Of a DNA stretch of 64,000 bases, positions 57,063-64,000 are shown piece by piece. Each line of letters opens with the position of its first letter. Position 1 is the stretch's first letter. Where the stretch lies: NCBI RefSeq assembly GCF_011386835.1, contig NC_088810.1, positions 1,612,001 to 1,676,000 on the forward strand, given 5' to 3'. The position numbers were made by a program, and so were the translations under genes. Under the pieces are notes generated by a model. The model worked only from the letters and a program-made list of their open reading frames with translations, did no database searches and was not told the DNA's origin. This DNA comes from Chrysemys picta bellii. Lineage: Eukaryota.

Positions 57063-58742
57063 TAGGGGGCGGTGGAAGTGCTGTCAGAACAGATCAATCA
57101 ATATTGAAGTGCTTTGAGATCCTCACACAGACCGGCTGGAGCATCCTCCCCCCGAAGCTGAAATACAAACATCCCCGGGGTCTGTGTCCCGTTCTCCCTC
57201 TCCCCCCCCCCCTCGTGGGACCAGGATCGTCCCAGCCCCCACATCAGCAGTTTGCCCCGGCCATGGAAAATTCTGACCCCTTTTGCTATTCACAGCACCG
57301 GGCCGGGCAGTGCCAGTCCCTGGTGCCGGTTCAAGTGGGGACAATCTAGCGCTGGAGATAAAGCGGAAGGTGCCAATGCCGGGGTGAACCAGGGTCAAGG
57401 TGATTTTTCCCTGCTACAGAGCCTGTCCAATTCACACAGCATGGAGATGCGGCCACCTCTGGGGTGAGGCACTGGGGCTGGTTATACAGGGATGCTCACT
57501 CAGTGCTGAGATGTGGCCACCTCTGGGGTGGGGCCCGGGGGCTGTTTATACAGGGACCTCTCGCGCAGCCCTGAGATGCGGCCACCTCTGGGGAGAAACA
57601 TGGCATCTCCTTCACTTCCTGTTCCTGTTGGGACAGGAAGTGAAGGAGAATTTCTGTGTCCTGTTTGACAGCAGGGGGAATCATTTTGGCATGCGGTGGT
57701 TGCTAATTTGGAGCTGCTGGGTAAGTGACTTCTTTATTAACAGCCCCCACGTCCCGCCCCAGAGGTGGCTGCATCTCCGCACCGGGCGAGGGGTTCCTGT
57801 ATAACCAGCCCCCGCCACCCCCCCAGAGGTGTCTGCATCTCAGCGCCTTGGAAGGGTCCCTGCATAACAAACCCCATGCCCCGCCCCAGAGGTGGCTGCA
57901 TCCCAAGCTTGGCAAGGGGCCGAGAGCCCCGGGCGGGGGGGGGAGGTCCGTGAGGAAGTGGGGACAGCTGGCAGGCAGGGAGGGACTGGCTGGCTCGGGG
58001 GGCAGGGGCTGATCATTTCCTTTTGTCCTGTTGGAGCAAACAGACCCCTCTTCTCACCTGCCCAGCGGAAAATTCCCCTCCCTGCTCCGGGCTTGGCCCA
58101 CTCTTGGGACTCGCCCAGGCTGGGCGTCTCTTCCCTGGTCCCCCCGCCCCAGAGATCCAGGGAGGTGCCACCTCTGGGGCAGGAATGGCGCATTGAGGAC
58201 GGGGCCGCCTGCCTGCTGCAGGGCGGCCCCACACCCATGGGGACAGTTCGGCTTTTTATCAGTAGAGCTGTTCTGAGTGCCGGAGGGTCGCTTTTGGGCT
58301 GCGTTCGGCTTCATCCCAGGGGCAGGACTTGGGGAAATGACAAGGGCAGGACCTCTGTGAGGGACACTGTCTGTAATATCCAGTGGCAGGGAGTCCCTGG
58401 GATTAACACTTATAATGGGGGCTGTTTATGCAGGGGTCCCTTGCCCGGTGCTGAGATGCGGCCACCTCTGGGGTGGGGCTATTGATACAGGGACCCCTCG
58501 CCTGGCGTTGAGATGCGGCCAGCTCTGGGGTGGGACTATTGATACAGGGACCCCTCGCCCAGCGCTGAGATGCAGCCACCTCTGGGGTGGGGTGTGGGGG
58601 CTGGTTATACGGGGAGATTTAGGGAACCAGAAAGGAGTCACTTGAGCTGAGGCATCGGGGCCAGGGCAGAGCCCCCCACCCGGCCCCCTGCAGCCCAGCA
58701 CCCCCAGCGCCTCCTCTCCCTTGCTGTTGCAGATCTCTGGCC

Positions 58743-61700
58743 ATGGTTCTCCCGGAGAATGAGCCCTTGGCGGGGCTGAGCCAGACCTCGCGATGCCCTG
58801 TCCTGGCCCCCGTTGGGCAGGACAGGCGGAGGGGGCCGTTTCCAGCCCAGGGCCCCGAGCCGGCCCGGGCCCAGCCGGTGGGTGGTGCCGATTGTCTCTC
58901 CTCCGGCCCCGGGGGAGCCATGAGCGACAGCCCTGAGGAGGACGAGGCCAGCAGCACGGAGAGTGCCCAGAACGGGGTGAGTGGCGCGGGGCCTGTCCCC
59001 TCTAGGCCCCAGGGCGGGGGACCCGCTGGCTCAGGGGTCAGGGAATGGGACATGGGGCCTGTCCCCTCTAGGGGGCTCCAGCTCCCATCCGGCCCCACGG
59101 CAGGCTCAGGGGAGCAGGGAATGGGGCCCTGGGTCTGTCCCCTCAAGGGGGCGCCAGTTCCCATCCGGCCCCAGGGCAGGGGACTGGCTGGCTCAGGGGC
59201 TGGGGAATGGGGCCCTGGGTCGTCCCCTTGAGGGGACACTGGCTCCCATCCGGCCCCCAGGGTGGGGACTGGCTGGCTCAGGGGGCAGGGAATGGGACAT
59301 GGGGCCTGTCCCCTCGAGGGGGCGCTGGTTCCCATCCGGCCCCAGGGCAGGGACTGGCTGGCTCGGGGGGGCAGGGAATGGGGCCCTGGGTCTGTCCCCT
59401 CGAGGGGGTGCCGGTTCCCATCCGGCCCCAGGGCAGGCTCAGGGGGGCAGGGAATGGGACATGGGGCCTGTCCCCTCAAGGGGGCACTGGTTCCCATCCG
59501 GCCCCAGGGCAGGGACTGGCTGGCTCGGGGGGGCAGGGCATAGGGTCCCCTTGTCGACAGGGCTGGTTCACTCCCACTCTCCCCTGCCCAGGACGAGAGC
59601 CCCCAGGCAGGCGCGGAGGGGTCCCGGCTGCGGGGGGAGCAGGACGAGGCGCTGGGCCGGGTAGCGGAGCTGGAGAGTTGTATCAAGGAGCTTCAGCACC
59701 AGCAGAAGGAGATGAACATCGAGGTGCGCCCGTCCCCGGGCTCCCCTCCCTGAGTCACGGGGATGTCTGGGGGGTGGGGGTGGGGGGCGTTCCCCGCTGC
59801 CGGCACCTGGCAAACCTGTCTCGCCGGGGCACCGCGCCCAGCCAGGTGGGGAGGGGCTGGGTGGGTCGCTGCTACAATCGCAGCAGGAGAGCTGGGTTTG
59901 GAGAGAGGGAAAACACTGAGCTGTGCAGACAGGACGCCTGGGTCCTCTCCGGCTCTGGGAGGGGAGTGGGGTCTCGCGGGTTAGAGTGGGAGGGGCTGGG
60001 AGCCAGGACGCCTGGGTTCCATTCCTGGCCGTGGGAGAGGAGTGGGGTCTGGTGGGCTATCGTGGGCGGGAGCTGCCCGCTGTCGGCTCTGTGCTGTGGG
60101 CCCCGATCCCTGTGGCGCCGGGTCTAACCCCCGCCGCTCCCAGCAGATGAAGCTGGAGGGGGCGCTGCTGGAGGGGGAGCTGGCGGCCGAGTGGCGGGAG
60201 GTTCAGCGCGAGGAGCAGCTGGTCCTGCAGCTGCAGAGGAGGTTCGCGGAGACGGTGCACCGGTGCCACGTCGAGAGAGAGAAGGTCAGGCCCCTGCCCA
60301 GTCTCCGTGCCTCCCAGCGGCCTTTGCGGGGCTCCTCTTTTCCCAGAATCCTTTGTGCTTCCTCCCCATTGCCCGCTTCTTCCCAGAATCCTTTGTGTTC
60401 CCTCCCTCCTTGGCCCATTTTCCCCAGAATCCTTTGCCACTCTCCCCGTTGCCCACTCAATCCCAGAATCCTTTGCTCCTGTCCAGGTGTGCCCACGTTT
60501 CCCAGCACCCTTTGCTGTGGGATGGCCCTGTCCTCAGCATTCTTTGCTTCCTCTCCCGCCAAGCTGGCCCCATTCCCCAGCCTGTCAGGGACCGTGTCTG
60601 GCCAGGGGACGGGGGGAGTATGTCCATGGAACCCAGGTGTCCTGGCTCCTGACCCCGCCCTTCTCCGGCAGGAGAAGGCTCGGCTGGGGAAGGAGCGGCT
60701 CAAGGTGGAGGAGCTCCAGAGGCAACACGCCGAGTCCCAGACCCACCTGGAGACCCAGCCCGAGAGCATGCGGGAGCGAATGCAAAGCCAGCTGCAGCAG
60801 GTAGGGGCACGGGACGGCCCAGCAGGTCCCACCCTGTGTCGAGCTGGGCAGGCTGCTACGGCCCAGAGGAAGAGACCCCGGGGTGGCCCACATACGCTGA
60901 TATGGCCCAGAGGGGACATGCACAGAGGGGGGCCGGGTTCCATTAGCGCTCTTTGAGGGGTCAGCAAACCTGGCCGTGGGGGATCCAGGGGACATGGTGC
61001 ACTTAGATTTCCAGAAAGCCTTTGACAAGGTCTCTCCCCAAAGGGTCTTAAGCAAAGTGAGCTGTCATGGGATAAGAGGGAAGGTTCTCTCATGGGTCGG
61101 TAACTAGTTAAAAGATAGGGAACAAAGGGTAGGAATTAAATGGTCAGTTTTCAGAATGGAGAGAGGTAAATAGTGGTGTCCCCCACGGGTCTGTACTGGG
61201 CCCAGTCCTATTCAACATATTCATAAATGATCTGGAAAAAGGGGTAAACAGTGCGGTGGCAAAATTTGCCGATGATACAAAACTACTCAAGAGAGTTAAG
61301 TCCCAGGCAGACTGCGAAGAGCTACAAAAGGATCTCACAAAAATGGGTGACTGGGGAACAAAATGGCAGATGAAATTCAATGTTGATAAATGCAAAGTAA
61401 TGCACATTGGAAACCATAATCCCAACTCTACATATACAATGATGAGATCTAAATTAGCTGTTACCACTCAAGAAAGATCTTGGAGTCAGTGTGGATAGTT
61501 CTCTGAAAACATCCACTCCATGTGCAGCGTCAGTCAAAAAAGCAAACAGAATGTTGGGAATCATTAAGAAAGGGATAGATAATAAGACCGAAAATATCAT
61601 ATTGCCTCTATATAAATCCATGGTACACCTACACCTTGAACACTGTGTGCAGATGTGGTTGCCCCATCTCAAAAAAAGATCTGTTAGAATTGGAAAATTT

Positions 61701-63877
61701 GCAGAGAAAGGCAACAAAAATGATTAGGGATATAAAACGGCTGCGATATGAGGAGAGGTTAAGAAGACTGGGACTGTTCATCGTAGAAAAGAGACGACTA
61801 AGGGGAGATAGTGAATAAGGAAGTGTTATTTGCTCCTTCTCGTAACACAAGAACCAGGCATCACCCAATGAAATTACTAGGCAGCAGGTTTAAAACAAAC
61901 AAAAGGAAGTATTTCTTCACACAACACACAGTCAACCTGTGGAACTCCTTGCTGGGGGATGTTGTGAAAGCCAAAACTATAACTGGGTTAAAAAAAGAAT
62001 TAAGTAAGTACCTGGAGGATAGGTCCATCAACGGCTAGTGGTCAGGGCCATGACCCCCTGCTCTGGATGTCCCTAAACCTCTGACTGCCCAGAGCTGGGA
62101 GTGGATGACGGGATGGATCACTCAGTAACTGCCCTCTGAAGCACCGAGCATCAGCCCCTGTTGGAAGACAGGATACTGGGCTAGATGGACCGTTGGGCTG
62201 GCCCAGTATGGCCATTTTTATATATAGCCCAGACGTAACAGCCCCCTCCCCTGCTGTAACCCACTAGACCCCCCCTCCCCTTCCAGAGCTGGGTAAGAAC
62301 CCAGGAGTCCTGACGGGATCTCCCTCCCTGCAGACGTCGGAGATGCTGGAGGGGGCACTGAAGAGCTACGAGGACCTGGAGTTCCAGCAGCTGGAGCGCG
62401 AGAGCCGCTTGGAAGAGGAGAAGGAGGAGGCCTGCCAGGCCTTGGCCCGCCAGGTGGCCCAGGTGCAGGAGAGGCTCAAGGAGAGGAAGGTGAGTGGGGC
62501 CAATCCTCAGAGATCCACTCTGGGTCTTACCCTCCTCCTGCAACTCCATTCTGGGGCACCGGGGATCTGGTTCTGTATCTTACCCTCCTCCCAGGGTGGA
62601 ACCTGCTACTCCATTCCAGGGGCACCTGGATCTGGCTCCATATCTTACCCTCCTCCCGGGGTAGAACCTGCAACTCCATTCCAGGGGCACCGGGATCTGG
62701 CTCCAGGTTGTGACCGGAAAGTCCTGTTCCAGGTCTTCCGGCAACCAGAGTGCGATCCAGAGTGGGAGGGGACCCAGAGACAGGGATCCAGGTCTTACCT
62801 TCCTCCAGGGCAATGGCACCCGGAATCCATTCCAGGGGTGCCAGGATCCGGGTCCTGAGCAGTGAGTCCATTCCAGAGGGCATGGGGGATCCTGCTCCAC
62901 CCAGAGCCCATTCCAGGGGGGCAGGATGATCCAGCACCGGGTCTTACCCTGCTCCTGGATGGCACCTGGGAGAACTGGGGCATTGGGATCCGGTGCCAGG
63001 TCTTACCCACCTCCTGGGTGGGGGGCTGTCCCCACAGTTCAGTGCAGGGGGGACCCCAGGGGTGGGGTTCCCCCTTGCTAGGTCCCGGGCTCTTGAGGTG
63101 AGGGGGTGTCCCCTCCCCCGCAGGACTCTCACCCTCCCCCGTTCCCCCCCAGAGGAAGGTGCGCAGGCTGGAGGCCCAGGTGCGCTCGGTGCAGGAGCAC
63201 ATGGCGGGCGAGTGCAGCAAGCTGGCGCAGGAGAAGGGAGAGGCCGTCCAGAGCCTCAACTTGGTGAGGAAACCCTTCCCCCCCTCCCCCCAGAAAGAAC
63301 CCAGGAGTCCTGGCTCCCAGCCCCCAATCCCCATCTAACCCCCATTCTCCTCCCAAACCTGGGATAGAACCCAGGAGTCCTGGCTCCCAGCCCCCAATCC
63401 CCATCTAATCCCCATTCTCCTCCCAAACCTGGGATAGAACCCAGGAGTCCTGGCTCCCAGCCTCCTGCTCTAACCATGAGACCCCACTGCCCTCCCAGAG
63501 TGGGGGGGAGGGGGGTTGCCGGGCCGGCTGGGCCCATGGGTCTAAGTAGGGGGCAGGGCAGGACCCTATGGGGTGGATCAGGAGATGGGGCAGGACCCAG
63601 TGGGTGAGAGCAGGGGACAGCGCAGGACCCCGTGGATCTGAGTTGGGGGCAGGGCAAGACCCCGGGTCGGGGCAGGACTCAGTGGTTGAGAGCAGGGGAT
63701 GGGGCAGGACCCCGTGGAGCTGAGTGGGGGGCGAAGTAGGGGTGGGGCAGGACCCCACGAGGTGACCCCTGCCCCGGCCTGTGTCCCCAGGAGAGGCGTC
63801 GGCTGGAGGAGCTGGGCAAAGTCTGTGAAGACGAGAGCAGAGATGACTCGCCCGTCAGTAACCAGGAGCTCACCAAG
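58743..63877 (+). CDS. PHLDB3: Pleckstrin homology-like domain family B member 3, N-terminal coiled-coil exons; continues past the window
   Basis: Exons 58743-58976, 59592-59723, 60147-60284, 60672-60800, 62334-62489, 63153-63263, 63791-63877, all phase 0 and GT-AG. Motifs SSTES, IKELQHQQKEMNIEM, ETQPESMRER and YEDLEFQQLERESRLEEE; syntenic with ETHE1 and XRCC1. Confidence 0.9.
58985..59540 (+). repeat. ~80-bp degenerate minisatellite in a PHLDB3 intron
   Basis: Units ggggcctgtcccct...cccatccggccccagggcagggactggctggctc. Confidence 0.8.
60990..62220 (+). mobile_element. CR1 LINE 3' part (RT domain to 3' end) in a PHLDB3 intron
   Basis: LDFQKAFDKV, VPHGSVLGPVLFNIFINDL, AKFADDTKLL, WQMKFNVDKCKVMHIG, KYFFTQHTVNLWNSL. 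Confidence 0.93.
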
Positions 63878-64000
63878 GTAACCCCCATCTGCCGGGGTCC
63901 CCCCGGCACACCCATCCTGTGCCCCCACCTACCTGTCTCCCACCTGCCAGGTTCTCTCCCCCCCCACCCCTGTGTCCCCCACCTCTCCCTTCCCCACCCG

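Noticed and set aside
57430-58600. Repeated gagatgcggccacctctggggtggg motif as a novel regulatory array
   Set aside because: The same motif is dispersed at about 7970 and 8768 in unrelated context, so it is most likely a common interspersed repeat; no specific function can be supported.

Overview
GC-rich vertebrate genomic DNA, most likely turtle, judged from the CR1 (GAATCTAT)n tail, tRNA-head/CR1-tail SINEs, Penelope termini and hAT MITEs. It carries five intron-containing genes. In order they are a Siglec-like Ig-superfamily receptor on the minus strand that runs off the left edge and contains one decayed Ig exon, a complete 17-exon XRCC1 (14997-24401), two tandem complete 7-exon ETHE1 persulfide dioxygenase genes (35452-38683 and 47182-51626), and the 5' part of PHLDB3, which runs off the right edge. 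XRCC1-ETHE1-PHLDB3 matches the human 19q13 order. The main discovery candidate is the second ETHE1 copy. It keeps every catalytic motif but has lost the first 16 residues of the mitochondrial presequence and starts at an ATG that aligns to a CTG in copy A. This predicts a non-mitochondrial (cytosolic) sulfide-oxidising paralog. The two copies are about 99% identical in exons 2-5 but much more diverged in exons 1, 6, 7 and the flanks, which suggests an old duplication with gene conversion. Also present are Penelope hammerhead ribozyme motifs, an array of decoy splice donors in XRCC1 intron 9, a pervasive SINE-head-like minisatellite, an inverted and transposed 280-bp cassette, and many nested transposons. 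All coordinates were read by hand and no database searches were run.
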